Source: an uncultured Acidimicrobiia bacterium (GTDB lineage Bacteria > Actinomycetota > Acidimicrobiia > Acidimicrobiales > AC-14). Taken from it: a DNA stretch of 64,000 nt. The translations under genes and the position numbers were made by a program. Positions 1 through 11,080 of the stretch are shown piece after piece. Each line of letters starts with the position of its first letter. The first letter of the stretch is position 1. The stretch is taken from the NCBI GenBank assembly GCA_963836205.1, contig CAWIIV010000023.1:1-64000 (forward strand). Reading direction: 5' to 3'. The notes beneath the pieces were generated by a model. The model did not search any database. It saw only the letters and a list, made by a program, of their open reading frames with translations, and was not told the DNA's origin.

Positions 1-4
1 GTGG

Positions 5-1060
5 ATGGCGACCGTCCTGCTCGTCTCCCGGGAGCAGCTCGACCGGCCCGTGGTCGCGGTCGCACTCGTCGGGCTCGCGCTCGCCGTCACCATCGGCGAC
101 ACGATCCTCCTGCGCACCGATGTCGCCCGCCTGTGCCGGCCCGCACCCGCCCTCGTCGAGTTGGCGGTCGGCGCCGCCCTCGTGATCGGCGACGGGCTCG
201 TCTACGGCCCCGACCACGCCTTTTCCACGTCCCAGTCCCTCGGCTCGGTGTGGCCCCTCGCCGGCATCCTCGGCGCCGGCGTGGCCCTCGGACCGGTCGG
301 CGCGGCCGCATCGGGCATCGCCATCGGCCTCTGCCGGGTGGTGGCGGTGGCCGTCAACGGCGCGCCGATCGACTCCGGCGGCAAGGTCCTCTCTCTCACC
401 AACACCGTGGTCTTCTACGCCCTCGGCGGGGCCGCCGCCGGCTACCTCGCCCGCCTCCTTCGCCGGGCCGAAGGCGAGATCTCGGCCGCCCGGGCGAGGG
501 AGGAGGTCGCCCGCACCCTCCACGACGGCGTCCTCCAGACCCTCGCCATCGTCGAGCGACGGGCCACCGACCCCGCCCTCGCCCGCATGGCCCGGGAACA
601 GGAGCGTGAGCTGCGGGACTACCTCTTCGGCGCGGCCCGGGCCACCGCGACGGGCTCCGCCATCGCCGCCAGCGACACCGACGTCGGACCACCCCTCCGT
701 GCCGCCGCCGCCCGGTGTGAGGACCACTTCGGCTCCCGCGTCCAGGTCCTCGTGGCCGACGACCTCCCCGATCTCCCCCCGGCCAAGGTCGCGGCCCTGG
801 CCGGAGCGGCCGGCGAGGCCATGGTGAACGCGGGCAAGCACGGCGGGGCCACCAAGGTCCTCGTCTACGTCGAGCCGTCCGACGACGGGGGCGTCTTCTG
901 CTCGATCAAGGACGACGGCTCCGGCTTCGACCCCGGCACCACGGCCGAGGGCGTCGGCCTGTCCCGCTCGATCCGAGGGAGGATGGCCGAGGTCGGTGGA
1001 CGGGTCGACGTCCGGAGCGCCCCCGGCCAGGGAACGGAGGTTCTGCTGTGGCTCCCGTGA
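5..1060 (+). CDS. Membrane sensor histidine kinase (NarL/DesK-type); may begin upstream of the window
   Basis: N-terminal TM helices, H-box ARTLHDGVLQTL, HATPase motifs NAGKH / IKDDGSGFD / GVGL / GQGT. Confidence 0.9.
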   Translation: MATVLLVSREQLDRPVVAVALVGLALAVTIGDTILLRTDVARLCRPAPALVELAVGAALVIGDGLVYGPDHAFSTSQSLGSVWPLAGILGAGVALGPVGAAASGIAIGLCRVVAVAVNGAPIDSGGKVLSLTNTVVFYALGGAAAGYLARLLRRAEGEISAARAREEVARTLHDGVLQTLAIVERRATDPALARMAREQERELRDYLFGAARATATGSAIAASDTDVGPPLRAAAARCEDHFGSRVQVLVADDLPDLPPAKVAALAGAAGEAMVNAGKHGGATKVLVYVEPSDDGGVFCSIKDDGSGFDPGTTAEGVGLSRSIRGRMAEVGGRVDVRSAPGQGTEVLLWLP

Positions 1061-1686
1061 ACGTCGTGCAGACGACCGTGGTCCTCGCCGACGACCACCC
1101 CATCTGGCGCGACGGCGTCCGGGCCGACCTGGGCGACGACTTCCGGGTGGTGGGCGAGGCATCCAACGCCGACGAGGCCATCGAGGTCATCCGCCGCACC
1201 AAGCCCGACTTGGTCGTGTGCGACGTCCACATGCCGGGCGGCGGGGGCAACAAGGTGGCCCGCACCTGCGGCGACGAGACCCGCATCGTGATGCTCACCG
1301 TCTCCGAGCAGGAGCGCGACCTGCTCGACGCGGTGGCCGCGGGCGCGGTCGGCTACCTGGTGAAGTCGACACCCCCGGCCGAGCTGCGGGCCGGGCTGCG
1401 CAAGGCGGCCCGGGGCGAGCCCGTGTTCTCCCCGTCACTGGCCGCCCTCGTCCTGGGCGAGTTCCGGCGCATGGTGAAGCAGTCGTCGGGGATGCAGCCC
1501 CTCTCCGAGCGGGAGCGGGAGGTGCTCCAGTTCGTGGCCCGGGGCCACAGCTACCGGGAGATCGGCGCCAGCCTCTTCATCGCCGAGAAGACGGTGGAGA
1601 ACCACGTCCGCAACATCCTGGGCAAGCTCCACCTCAACCGGAAACAGGAGCTCATCCGCTACGCGGTGGAGCACGGCATCGAGTAG
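1057..1686 (+). CDS. NarL/LuxR-family response regulator
   Basis: REC domain (LADDH, CDVHMP, GYLVK) plus LuxR HTH (LSEREREVL...EKTVENHVRNILGKL); GTG start overlaps the kinase stop. Confidence 0.93.
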   Translation: MNVVQTTVVLADDHPIWRDGVRADLGDDFRVVGEASNADEAIEVIRRTKPDLVVCDVHMPGGGGNKVARTCGDETRIVMLTVSEQERDLLDAVAAGAVGYLVKSTPPAELRAGLRKAARGEPVFSPSLAALVLGEFRRMVKQSSGMQPLSEREREVLQFVARGHSYREIGASLFIAEKTVENHVRNILGKLHLNRKQELIRYAVEHGIE

Positions 1687-1689
1687 CCG

Positions 1690-1727
1690 CTGGGGGACCA
1701 CCCACCGCCGCCTGGGGTCCCCACCCG
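1690..1727 (+). promoter_or_regulatory. Putative response-regulator operator: two CTGGGG-N4-5-CACCC units 22 bp apart
   Basis: ctgggggaccacccac at 1690 and ctggggtccccacccg at 1712, directly upstream of the large membrane-protein gene. Confidence 0.4.
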
Positions 1728-1763
1728 GTGTTCGCCCGGCCACCGAGGGCTGACGGTGGGGAC

Positions 1764-4259
1764 ATGACGAACACCACCTTCGCCCCGCCCCAACCAACCC
1801 CGTCCCCGTCACCGTCCCGTCCCGGGCGCCGGACCGGAGCCACGTGGGTGGCCGCCACCGGCGCCTTCCTGCTCCTGGCCGGCGCGGCCGTCTTCGTGGC
1901 CGTCCGGTGGGACCGCCTGTCGGAGAACGCCAAGCTGGCCGTCGTCCTCGGCCTCACCGCAGCCGTCCTCGTCGGTGGACGACGGCTTCGCCGCACCCTC
2001 CCCGCCACCGGCGACGTGCTCTTCCACCTGGGCGCCTTCCTCATGCCGGTGGACCTGGTCGGGATCGGACTGTCGTCCGGAATCGCCTGGCGTCCCCTGC
2101 TGGTGGCCGAGGGCGTCCTCGGGGTGGTCGCCCTCGGGGGACTCGGACTGCTCACCGGGTCCGCCGTTCTCGTCTGGGCCGGAATCCTGAGCATGGCCGT
2201 CCTGGCCGCGGCCGTGGCCGCCGTCTCGCCCGTGCCGGCGGCGGCGCTGCTGGCCGGCGTCGCCCTCGCCGTCGAGCTCACCCGCCGGAACGCCGACGCC
2301 GACCGCCGGCCCGAGATGGCGGCGGCCGTCTGGGCCGCCATCGCCGGGTTGGCGCCCGTGCTCGCCGCCGCCGTCACCCTCCTCGTCCCCGTCGGCCGAG
2401 GCACCCTCGCCGAGCTCGGCCTCACCACCCCCGGCGCGGCCGCCGTCGCCGGCGTGCTGGCCGCGGCCGTCCTCGCCCGCCAGGCCCACGTCTGCCGCGA
2501 TCTCAGCCGGGCGTTCCTGGCCGTCGCGGTCGTGGCCGTGGGAGTCACGTCGTCGCTGGTCACCGCCCACCTCCCGTCGTCGGCGACGGCGGTCGCACTG
2601 GCGGCCGCCTTCGTCATCGTCGAGCTGGCCGCCCTCGTCACCCGCAACGACCCCTTCTGGCACCGCCCCCTTGGCGTGGTGGCGGAGCTGGTCGAGATCG
2701 GCGCCAACGTCGTCGCCGTCGGCACCGCATTCTTCCTGGTCCTCGGCCCCGCCCTCGGCTTCGACCCCGCCATCAGCCCGGCCACCGCCCTCGCCCTGGC
2801 CGCCGTCGGCTGGCTCACCGCCGACATCCGCCGCTACCAGGGCACGCCCCGCCCCCTCGGGCTCGCCCTCCTCCGGGGTGGCTGCTGGCCGCCGGCGACC
2901 ATCCCCATCGCCGTGTCGATCGCCGGCGCGATCGCCCTCGCCACCGGTTCGACCCTCGCCACCGCCGCCGCCCTGGTGACCGTCGCGGCCGCCCTCCTCG
3001 TGGCCCGCCGGCCGAGCGCCACGCTCGTGGCCGCCGGCTTCGTCCCGTGGGCGGTGGTCATCTCCGTCACCCACCCGGCCGGTGGCACCGCCGTCGGCCT
3101 GGCCGGCGCGGTCGTCCTCGCCCTGGCCGCCGTCGACCGGGCCCGCGCCGTCGACCAGCCCGACCCCATCGCCGCCGGCCTCGCCCTGCTCGCCACCGGC
3201 ACCGCCCTCGCCGCGATCGCGGTCGCCGTCCCCGACGTCGGACTCCCGGCCGGGGTGGCCGCCGCCGTCGCCGCCTGCTGGCTGCTCTCGGTCCTCCTCG
3301 ACTTTGGCCACCGCCAGTTGGGCGACGTCGCCCGGCTCGCCCTCCTCCTCCCGGTGGCGGCCTCCTTCGCCCTTACGCCCGAGCAGGCTCTGCCCGCGGC
3401 CATCGGTGCCGCCCTCCTGTACGCGGTCGACGCCGTCCGCCTCGACCGGCCCGAGGTCGCGTTCGGCGCCGCCGTCACCATGCAGGCCGTGATCGCCCAC
3501 CTGGCCCGGGCCAACGGGCTCGACCTCGGCGAGACCGGGCTGGCCCTCTGCGTGGGGGCGGTGGCGTGGTCGGGCCTGGCCGCCGTCGTCGACGCCCGCT
3601 GGCGCCTCCCCTTCCTGGCCGCGGCCACGGCCGGGCTCACCCTCGGCCTCGGGGCCACCGCCGCCGCCGACGATGCCGCCGCCTTGAGCACCGCGCTCCT
3701 CGTGACAGGCGGCCTCGGCATCGGCGCCGGCCTGGCCACCGGCCGGTCGTGGCTCGCCCACCTCGGCGCGGCAACCTGCACCATCGGCGCCTTCGGCCAC
3801 CTGGCGATCGCCGGCGTCGGGGCCAGCGAGCCCTACGTCGCCCCGGTCGCGGCCCAGCTCCTCGCCTGGGGATGGCAGGCCCGTCGCACCCAGCCGAAGC
3901 TGTCGTCGTGGCTGACCTACGCCCCGCCCGTCGTCCTCCTCGGCGGCACCGCCCTGGCCGAGCGCATGATCGGCGGACCGGGGTGGCATGCGCTGGTGGC
4001 GGGCGCGGTCGGCATGGTCGCGGTCGCCGCCGGCGGGTGGACCCGAACGGCCGGACCCCTGGTCGCCGGCACCGCCATCCTCGTCACCCTCACCATCCAC
4101 GAGTCCCTCGCCACCCTGGCCACCGTGCCCACCTGGGCCTGGCTGGCCGCCGGCGGGACGGTCCTGCTCGCCATCGGCATCGCCCTCGAACGCACGGACA
4201 CGTCGCCGGTCGAAGCCGGCCGCCGCATCGTCGACGTCCTCGCCGAAAACTTCGACTGA
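1764..4259 (+). CDS. Large polytopic membrane protein (SCO7613 C-terminal/DUF2157-like)
   Basis: ATG 1764; ~830 aa almost entirely Ala/Leu/Val TM helices; C-terminal SEPYVAP...SSWLTYAP...VPTWAWLAAGGTVLL signature. Confidence 0.75.
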   Translation: MTNTTFAPPQPTPSPSPSRPGRRTGATWVAATGAFLLLAGAAVFVAVRWDRLSENAKLAVVLGLTAAVLVGGRRLRRTLPATGDVLFHLGAFLMPVDLVGIGLSSGIAWRPLLVAEGVLGVVALGGLGLLTGSAVLVWAGILSMAVLAAAVAAVSPVPAAALLAGVALAVELTRRNADADRRPEMAAAVWAAIAGLAPVLAAAVTLLVPVGRGTLAELGLTTPGAAAVAGVLAAAVLARQAHVCRDLSRAFLAVAVVAVGVTSSLVTAHLPSSATAVALAAAFVIVELAALVTRNDPFWHRPLGVVAELVEIGANVVAVGTAFFLVLGPALGFDPAISPATALALAAVGWLTADIRRYQGTPRPLGLALLRGGCWPPATIPIAVSIAGAIALATGSTLATAAALVTVAAALLVARRPSATLVAAGFVPWAVVISVTHPAGGTAVGLAGAVVLALAAVDRARAVDQPDPIAAGLALLATGTALAAIAVAVPDVGLPAGVAAAVAACWLLSVLLDFGHRQLGDVARLALLLPVAASFALTPEQALPAAIGAALLYAVDAVRLDRPEVAFGAAVTMQAVIAHLARANGLDLGETGLALCVGAVAWSGLAAVVDARWRLPFLAAATAGLTLGLGATAAADDAAALSTALLVTGGLGIGAGLATGRSWLAHLGAATCTIGAFGHLAIAGVGASEPYVAPVAAQLLAWGWQARRTQPKLSSWLTYAPPVVLLGGTALAERMIGGPGWHALVAGAVGMVAVAAGGWTRTAGPLVAGTAILVTLTIHESLATLATVPTWAWLAAGGTVLLAIGIALERTDTSPVEAGRRIVDVLAENFD

Positions 4260-4331
4260 TGGCCAGGCGCCTCGGCGTGACGGCAGCCATCGTCACTGCT
4301 TGAGCCGGTCGGAGTCCGTACACTCTCCCGG

Positions 4332-4955
4332 ATGCGGCGAGGACGAGCTCTGTTGGCCGCGCTCGCGTGCCTGTTGCTGATGGCCGGGGCGTGCTCGAAG
4401 GGCGGCGCCGAGGGCAGGTCGGGACGGGCCACCACGACCACCGACGTACCCGTCCCGATCGCCTTCACGGTGACGTCGTTTGCCGTGGAGGCGGCGGCCG
4501 ACCCCGCCGCGGGCACAGCCAGCGGGGCTCAGGCAGGTATCGAGGCCGCCCTGACCCGGTGGCTCGAGGAGGCCGTCCTCCGGCCGTTGCGCTCGGGACA
4601 GCCGGCGGGCGACATCGGTTCCTTCTTCACCGCTCCCACCCGGGAGCGGATCGCCACCACGCCCGACCGGGCCGCGTTCGTCGACGAGGGACTTCCGCCC
4701 GTGTCGGGCGTGCGGGCCGGCACCGCCACCCTGGCGATGATCGCCCTCGCCGACCCCGACGGCAACATCCCCCTGGTCTCCGTCCACCTCGACCTCACCC
4801 TGGGGGGGATGGTGGAGGGCACCCCGTTGGGGATCGAGCACACCGGCGACCTCTTCATGGTGGCCGAGGGCGACGGGTGGCTCATCGACGGCTACGACGT
4901 CCGGGCCACCCGGGCCACAGCCGGCGCCACCACCACCACGACGGCGGCCGGATGA
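4332..4955 (+). CDS. Putative lipoprotein
   Basis: Signal peptide with lipobox MAGAC; stop overlaps the next ATG. Confidence 0.65.
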   Translation: MRRGRALLAALACLLLMAGACSKGGAEGRSGRATTTTDVPVPIAFTVTSFAVEAAADPAAGTASGAQAGIEAALTRWLEEAVLRPLRSGQPAGDIGSFFTAPTRERIATTPDRAAFVDEGLPPVSGVRAGTATLAMIALADPDGNIPLVSVHLDLTLGGMVEGTPLGIEHTGDLFMVAEGDGWLIDGYDVRATRATAGATTTTTAAG

Positions 4956-5854
4956 GCCGCACCCGCCGCACCCGCCGCACCCGGATCGGCCTGCTGCTGG
5001 TGGTCAGCCTCCTCGCCGGCCCCGCCGTCCTCCACGGCATGGCCGCCCCCCGCGCCGCCGTCTTCGAGATCCTGAAGGTCGACGAGGGCCACTTCAACCC
5101 TGCGCCCGGCGGGGTGACGTTCCTGCTCGTCCTGGGCAACGACGCCCGCCCGGGCGAGTCGATCAGCCGGGCCGACGCCATCCACCTCATCGGCGTCAAC
5201 CCGGCCCAGGGCCGGGCCACGATCCTCGACATCCCCCGCGACACCTACACCGACATCCCCGGCTACGGCACCGACAAGATCAACGCCGCCCACGCCTACG
5301 GCGGCCCCCAGCTGACGGCGGCCGCGGTGAGCGGCCTGGTCGGCGTCGACATCCCCTACGTGCTCACCACCGGCTTCGTCGGGCTGACGGCGATGGTCGA
5401 CGAGATGGGCGGGGTCGACGTCGACGTCCCCACGGCCATGAACGACAGCAACTCGGGCGCCTTCTTCGGCGCCGGCCGGCAGCACTTCGGGGGCCAGGAG
5501 GCCCTCGCCTTCTCCCGCAACCGGGGGATCTCGGGGGGTGACTTCACCCGCACCAACAACCAGGGCCGCCTCATCCTGGCCGCCCTGGCCAAGCTGCGGA
5601 ACGAGGGGCCGTCACCGGCCAACGTCCTGCGGTCGCTGGCCGTGCTCCTGCGCCACACCACCCTCGACGGGGTGAGCCTGACCGACCTCTACCGCCTGGG
5701 CCGCCTGGGCCTGTCGATCGACCCCGCCAACGTGACCAACGTCACCATGCCCGGCGTGGCCGGCCAGGCCGGTAGCGCGTCGGTGGTGTTCGCCACCGCC
5801 GCCGCCGACGGCGTGTTCGCCGACATGCGCGACGACGGGGTCATCCTCGGCTAG
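4952..5854 (+). CDS. LytR-CpsA-Psr (LCP) family cell-wall ligase
   Basis: [32 protein letters not shown]...DFTRTNNQ motifs. Confidence 0.92.
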   Translation: MSRTRRTRRTRIGLLLVVSLLAGPAVLHGMAAPRAAVFEILKVDEGHFNPAPGGVTFLLVLGNDARPGESISRADAIHLIGVNPAQGRATILDIPRDTYTDIPGYGTDKINAAHAYGGPQLTAAAVSGLVGVDIPYVLTTGFVGLTAMVDEMGGVDVDVPTAMNDSNSGAFFGAGRQHFGGQEALAFSRNRGISGGDFTRTNNQGRLILAALAKLRNEGPSPANVLRSLAVLLRHTTLDGVSLTDLYRLGRLGLSIDPANVTNVTMPGVAGQAGSASVVFATAAADGVFADMRDDGVILG

Positions 5855-6864
5855 TCGTCGTCGACGTCGGGGTCGTCTCCGTCGCCCTCGTCCTCGAAGA
5901 CCCGGCTCTTGAGGATGTCCTCCGCCTCGATGCGCATGAGGTCGGACTTGCTCAGCTTGTGGTTCTTCTCGCCCACGATGCGGGTGGCCTGGCGCAGGCG
6001 GGCCCGCTCCAGGGCGTTGCGGACGCTGCGGCCGTTGGCGAAGCGGGGTTGCGTCATCCGCCGGCCGAGGTAGTCGCGGAAGGCGGCCTCGGCCTCCTCC
6101 GAGAACTCGTACTTCTGCTCGTCGAGCATGAGGTTCCCGATCTGCATGAGCTCGTCGAGGGTGTAGTCGGGGAAGTGGATGTGGTGGGCGATGCGTGAGC
6201 CCATGCCCGGGTTGGACGAGAAGAACTTGTCCATCTTGTCCTTGTAGCCGGCGAGGATGACCACCAGGTCGTCGCGGTTGTTCTCCATGATCTGAAGGAG
6301 GATCTCGATGGTCTCCTGGCCGTAGTCACGCTCGTTCTCGGCCCGGTACAGGTAGTAGGCCTCGTCGATGAAGAGGACGCCGCCCATGGCCCGCTTGAGC
6401 ACTTCCTTGGTCTTGGGCGCGGTGTGGCCGATGTACTGGCCCACGAGGTCGTCACGGGTGACGTTCACCAGGTGGCCCCGGGCCAGGTAGCCCATGTTCT
6501 TGAGCAGCTCGGCCATGCGCAGGGCGACGGTGGTCTTGCCCGTCCCCGGGCTGCCGGTGAACGACATGTGGAGGGTCGGCCGGGTCGACTCGATGCCGAA
6601 CTGGTGGCGCAGGCGGTCGACGACGAGCAGGTCGGCGATCTCCTTGATGCGGGTCTTCACCGGCACCAGCCCGACCAGCTCCCGGTCGAGGCGGTCGAGG
6701 ACCTCGTCGCTGTTGGACTTCTTGCGCTCTTCCTCGACGTCGACCAGGGCGTCGTCGGGCAGCTGGTTGCGCTTGGCCTCCTCGGCCTCCTCCTCCGCCT
6801 CCTCCTCGGCCGACTTCGGCTTGTTGGCGGCGGTCGGCATCCCAAAACCTCGTGTTTGACTCAT
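5851..6864 (-). CDS. cbbX: CbbX-type AAA+ ATPase (red-type Rubisco activase family)
   Basis: [81 protein letters not shown]. Confidence 0.88.
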   Translation of the reverse strand: MSQTRGFGMPTAANKPKSAEEEAEEEAEEAKRNQLPDDALVDVEEERKKSNSDEVLDRLDRELVGLVPVKTRIKEIADLLVVDRLRHQFGIESTRPTLHMSFTGSPGTGKTTVALRMAELLKNMGYLARGHLVNVTRDDLVGQYIGHTAPKTKEVLKRAMGGVLFIDEAYYLYRAENERDYGQETIEILLQIMENNRDDLVVILAGYKDKMDKFFSSNPGMGSRIAHHIHFPDYTLDELMQIGNLMLDEQKYEFSEEAEAAFRDYLGRRMTQPRFANGRSVRNALERARLRQATRIVGEKNHKLSKSDLMRIEAEDILKSRVFEDEGDGDDPDVDDD

Positions 6865-6915
6865 CGGAACGATCGTACCGGGGGAACCGGCCCCTCCCGT
6901 CGCTCGTCGGTGGGG

Positions 6916-7422
6916 ATGATGGAACGCATCGAAGACCCCCAGTCGTTGACTCAGGCGCTCAGCCTGCCGCCTCCCAGGGCGACGACGTTCGAGGGCCTCT
7001 ACGCCCTGGAGTACCGGCCGATGGTGCGACTGGCGTTCGTCCTCATGGGACGGGACGGACCGGCCGAGGAGGTCGTGCAGGACGGCTTCGCCCGGGTCTA
7101 CGAGCGGTGGGACTCGATCGACGCCCCCGGCGGCTACCTGCGCACGTGCGTGGTGAACGGGTGCCGCGACGTGCTCCGCCGCCAGCGGCTGGCCATCTGG
7201 AAGCGGCCCGACCCGGCGCCGACGTCGTCGGAGCTCGGGGTCGACCACCTCACCGACGCCCTGGCCGCCCTCCCTCCCAAGCGCCGGGCGGCGATCGTGC
7301 TCCGCTACTACGGCGACCTGTCCGAAGCCGAGATCGCGGCCACCCTCGGGGTGCGCCCGGGAACGGTCAAGTCGATGCTGCACCGCAGCCTGGCCCAGCT
7401 CCGAGGAGTGATCGAACGATGA
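6916..7422 (+). CDS. ECF sigma factor (SigE-like)
   Basis: AEEVVQDGF (region 2); [30 protein letters not shown] (region 4). Confidence 0.9.
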   Translation: MMERIEDPQSLTQALSLPPPRATTFEGLYALEYRPMVRLAFVLMGRDGPAEEVVQDGFARVYERWDSIDAPGGYLRTCVVNGCRDVLRRQRLAIWKRPDPAPTSSELGVDHLTDALAALPPKRRAAIVLRYYGDLSEAEIAATLGVRPGTVKSMLHRSLAQLRGVIER

Positions 7423-8777
7423 ACGGTATCGACGGACTCGAACGGCAGATCGCCGAGCGGCTCCACGGCCACAGCCGGATGGCTCCCGACAACGACGGCT
7501 GGGAGGCGATCCTCGACCGCATCGAGCACCGGGGCCGGGCCCGCCACCGCCGGCGGGCGGCCACCACCGGCCTGGTGGCGGCCGGGATGGTCGGCGCCCT
7601 GGTCGTCGTGCTCCCCGGCGACGACGCCACCCGGGTGTCGACCACCCCCGCCGGACCCACGGCGACGAGCCCGTCGGCGACCGACGGCGTGGCGGTGGGC
7701 GCGGGCCTCCCCCGCCTGGTGCTCGACGTCGCCGGGTTCGAGCTGACGCGCGCAGCCAACACCGACGACGGCTCCCCGTACCCCGACCTCGGCCCGCTCC
7801 TCGTCTACGGCGCTCCCGGCGACGGCATCCTCGGTCCGGGTCCGGTGCTGTTCGTCCGGGTCGTCCCCGCGGGAGCGTCCTACGGGATCGGCGACGGCCC
7901 CGACGTGCGGGAGGTCGACATCGGGGGGCGCCCGGGGCGAATCTTCTCCATCTCGGCCGGCCTGAGCCTGGGCTGGTCCCGGGAGGACGGGTCTCTCGTG
8001 CACCTGCTGGCGATCGGGCTGGCCGAGGACGACGTCGTCGTCGCCGGCCAGACGCTCGCGGAAGCCCTCGGGCACGAGCCGCCCACGACCCTTCCCGGGG
8101 GCTTCGAGCTGCGCCGGTCGACACCCGCCGACCTCTCGCCGTCGAGCCAGGCCGAGGTCGACTATCGGTTCGAGGGCGGATCTGCCTCGCTCCGGCTCCT
8201 TTCGGGCGGGACCTACCGCCTCGACGACCTCCTCGTCGACCGGCTGGTGTCGAGCGTCGACTGGCGGTCGACCACGGTCGACGGCAGGCCGGCGGTCCTC
8301 AGCACCTACCAGGGTTCCACCGGGGTGGGGGGTCCCGGCCGGACGGTCATGTGGGCCCTGACCGACGGCGTGGTGGCCGAGCTCACCGCCCACGGGCTCA
8401 CCGAAACCGAGCTCGAGGCGGCCGCGGCCACCATCCACCCGGTCGACGAGGGGGAGTGGCAGAGCCTGCTCGCCCGGTCGGACGCGCTCCAGCCCGCCCT
8501 GACCCCCGACCAGTTGCGGGTCGAGGCCGTCCACGGGGTCGTGTCGGGTGAGATCTGCCAAGCCCGCGACAGGTGGCTCCAGGCCCGCGCCGCGGGTGAC
8601 ATCCGGGGCGCCACCGCGGCCATGGCGGACCTCGGGCTCGTGCTGGAGAAGGGAGAGGTGGGCGGGCTGGGCGAAACCGGCGACATCCTCGTCGTCGCCC
8701 AGCGGCTGCTCGACGCCATGGCCGCGGGCGACGACGCCGTCGTCAGCTCGATTCCGGAGGGCGGGGCGTGCTCGTGA
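7419..8777 (+). CDS. Probable membrane-anchored anti-sigma factor
   Basis: Coupled to the ECF gene (ATGA overlap); short cytoplasmic N-terminus, RRHRRR + one TM, extracellular domain. Confidence 0.6.
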   Translation: MNGIDGLERQIAERLHGHSRMAPDNDGWEAILDRIEHRGRARHRRRAATTGLVAAGMVGALVVVLPGDDATRVSTTPAGPTATSPSATDGVAVGAGLPRLVLDVAGFELTRAANTDDGSPYPDLGPLLVYGAPGDGILGPGPVLFVRVVPAGASYGIGDGPDVREVDIGGRPGRIFSISAGLSLGWSREDGSLVHLLAIGLAEDDVVVAGQTLAEALGHEPPTTLPGGFELRRSTPADLSPSSQAEVDYRFEGGSASLRLLSGGTYRLDDLLVDRLVSSVDWRSTTVDGRPAVLSTYQGSTGVGGPGRTVMWALTDGVVAELTAHGLTETELEAAAATIHPVDEGEWQSLLARSDALQPALTPDQLRVEAVHGVVSGEICQARDRWLQARAAGDIRGATAAMADLGLVLEKGEVGGLGETGDILVVAQRLLDAMAAGDDAVVSSIPEGGACS

Positions 8778-9864
8778 GCAGGCGGCGGACGGGCTTGCCC
8801 CCCTTCGTGCGGGGGATGGCGTCCACCAGCACGACCGCCCGGGGGAGCTTGGCCGCCGACAGCCGGTCGCGGGCGTACTCCCGCAGGCCGTCGACGGTGG
8901 GCGGCGCCGACGGGTCGGCCGGCACCACGTAGGCCACCACCTGCTCGCCCCACTCGGGGTCGGGCTGGCCGGCGACGCCCACGTCGGCCACGCCCGGGTG
9001 ATCGGCGAGCACGGCCTCCACCTCGGTGGGGGAGACGCTCACCCCACCGGTCTTGACCAGGTCCCGCAGCCGGTCGACCACCGACAGCCGGCCCTGGCCG
9101 TCGATGGCACCGGCGTCACCGGTGCGGAACCAACCGTCGGCCGTGAAGGCGGCGGCGGTGTCGGCGTCGCCCGTGGACGATCGGTAGCGTCGCATGACCA
9201 CCAACCCCCGGACGAGGATCTCGTCCTCGTGGCCGAGGGCGATCTCCACCCCGTCCAACGGGTGCCCGCCATGGACGATCCCGCCCCACGTCTCGGTCAG
9301 CCCGTAGGTGGCGATGCCCGGGAGGTCGGCCGCCACCGGACCGCCGCCGAGGAGGACCCGGCGGAACCGGCCCAGGTCGACGCCCGCAGCCAGCAGCCTC
9401 CGGGCCATGGTCGGCACCAGGGAGACCAGCGTGGCCCCCGACTCGGCTGCGGCGGCCACCGACTCGACGTCGAAGCGGCGGAGGACGTCGACCGGCGTGC
9501 CGACCGTCCACGAGCGGGCCAGGAGGGCGAGGCCGGCCACGTGGTGCAGCGGCAGGCAGCACAGCCACCGGTCACCCCCGCCGGCCCGCACCCCGATGGC
9601 GTCCGACACCGCCCGGGCCGACGCCTGCAGCCCGCCGAAGGTGAGCTCGACGCCCTTGGGCTCGCCGGTCGTGCCCGACGTGACCACCACCGCGGCCACG
9701 TCGGGCGAGACCTCGCCGTCGGGGTCGACCCGGGCGACGATCCGCTCGACCTCGGCCTCCGGCGCCTGGGGATCGAGCACGAGCACGCCCCGGCCCATGT
9801 CCCACGCCCGCCGGATGGCGTCGGCCGCCTCGGGCGGCGGCAGGCGGACGACGACGAGGGGCAT
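8743..9864 (-). CDS. menE: O-succinylbenzoate-CoA ligase
   Basis: AMP-binding TSGTTGEPKGV, YGLTET, RTGDAG, TKGGK; men-cluster context. Confidence 0.88.
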   Translation of the reverse strand: MPLVVVRLPPPEAADAIRRAWDMGRGVLVLDPQAPEAEVERIVARVDPDGEVSPDVAAVVVTSGTTGEPKGVELTFGGLQASARAVSDAIGVRAGGGDRWLCCLPLHHVAGLALLARSWTVGTPVDVLRRFDVESVAAAAESGATLVSLVPTMARRLLAAGVDLGRFRRVLLGGGPVAADLPGIATYGLTETWGGIVHGGHPLDGVEIALGHEDEILVRGLVVMRRYRSSTGDADTAAAFTADGWFRTGDAGAIDGQGRLSVVDRLRDLVKTGGVSVSPTEVEAVLADHPGVADVGVAGQPDPEWGEQVVAYVVPADPSAPPTVDGLREYARDRLSAAKLPRAVVLVDAIPRTKGGKPVRRLLTSTPRPPESS

Positions 9865-9872
9865 CCCCGCCG

Positions 9873-10916
9873 TCAGCCCTTCGGGAGCTTCTTCATGGCC
9901 TTGTGGATGATCTTCCACTTGCGGGCGGCCTCGGCCCGATCGAGCACCGAGGCCGACTGGCGTTCGAGGTCGCGCTCGATCTTGCGGAAGTTGGCGACCC
10001 GGTCGGCGTCGAGCAGCCCAGACTCGACCGCGGCCGTCACCGCGCATCCGGGCTCGCCGTCGTGGCGGCAGTCCCGGAACTTGCAGTCCTCGGCCAGGTC
10101 GCCGACGTCGGAGAAGGCGGCCGCCAGCCCGTCCTCCGCTCCGGCCAGGGTGAGCGATCGCACCCCGGGGGTGTCGATCAGCACCCCGCCCGCGGGCACC
10201 ACCACCAGGTCGCGGGACGTGGTGGTGTGGCGACCCTTGTTGTCGCCGGTGCGGACCCGCCCGGTGGCCAGGATGTCGGCCTCCAGCAGGCGGTTGGCGA
10301 GGGTGGACTTGCCCGCCCCCGACGGCCCTAGGAGGACGGCGGTGCGGTTGGGCCGCAGGTGGGCGGCCACCTCGTCGACGCCCGAGTCGAGGGTGCTGCT
10401 GGTGAGGACCACGTCGACCCCGCCGGCCCGGGCCTCGACCGCCACCACCACCTCCTTGGGGTCGGCGTGGCAGTCGGCCTTGGTGAGGATCACCACCGGC
10501 TTGGCCCCGCTGTCCCAGGCCAGGACGAGTTGGCGCTCGATGCGGTTGAGGTTGATCGGGGTGTCGAGGGAGGCCACGACCAGCACCACGTCGACGTTGG
10601 CCGCCATCACCTGGTCCTCGCGGGCCAGGGCCGACCACCGGGGCAGGACCTCGTCGACAGCGGGAGGCGTCCCTGTGCCGTCGTCGGTGAGCAGCAGGCG
10701 GACCCAGTCGCCGGTGGCGGGCAGAGGCCAGGCGGTGGCCTGGACCGGGCTGTCGGGACCGCCGGTGGCGACCAGGCAGCGGTCGTAGTCGATGCGGATG
10801 ACCCGGCCCGGCACGTGGACCGCGGGGTCGGGCTCGGTGGAGGCGTAGAGGGCGGCGACGCGGTCGTCCCACCCGAAGGGGATGAGCGCGGCAAAGGGAG
10901 AGGAATCAGCAGACAA
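9873..10916 (-). CDS. rsgA: Ribosome small subunit-dependent GTPase
   Basis: [40 protein letters not shown] zinc finger; TTG start after AAGGAG. Confidence 0.92.
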   Translation of the reverse strand: MSADSSPFAALIPFGWDDRVAALYASTEPDPAVHVPGRVIRIDYDRCLVATGGPDSPVQATAWPLPATGDWVRLLLTDDGTGTPPAVDEVLPRWSALAREDQVMAANVDVVLVVASLDTPINLNRIERQLVLAWDSGAKPVVILTKADCHADPKEVVVAVEARAGGVDVVLTSSTLDSGVDEVAAHLRPNRTAVLLGPSGAGKSTLANRLLEADILATGRVRTGDNKGRHTTTSRDLVVVPAGGVLIDTPGVRSLTLAGAEDGLAAAFSDVGDLAEDCKFRDCRHDGEPGCAVTAAVESGLLDADRVANFRKIERDLERQSASVLDRAEAARKWKIIHKAMKKLPKG

Positions 10917-10981
10917 CGAAGGAGCTCCTTGTGACGAAGGATGTCGGGGGAACGCGAAAGGCGAGGCGGCCACTGCCGCTC

Positions 10982-11002
10982 TCAGGCGAGGTAGTCCTCC
11001 AT
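10982..11002 (-). CDS. Putative leader peptide MEDYLA upstream of rsgA
   Basis: ATG GAG GAC TAC CTC GCC TGA preceded by SD AAGGAG (11012-11017). Confidence 0.55.
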   Translation of the reverse strand: MEDYLA

Positions 11003-11080
11003 GGCGTGCCTCTCCTTCCCGACGAAGGTGCTCTGCGCACAGGGTACCCTCTGACGTTCGTAGGAGTGATCGCTCTAGGA

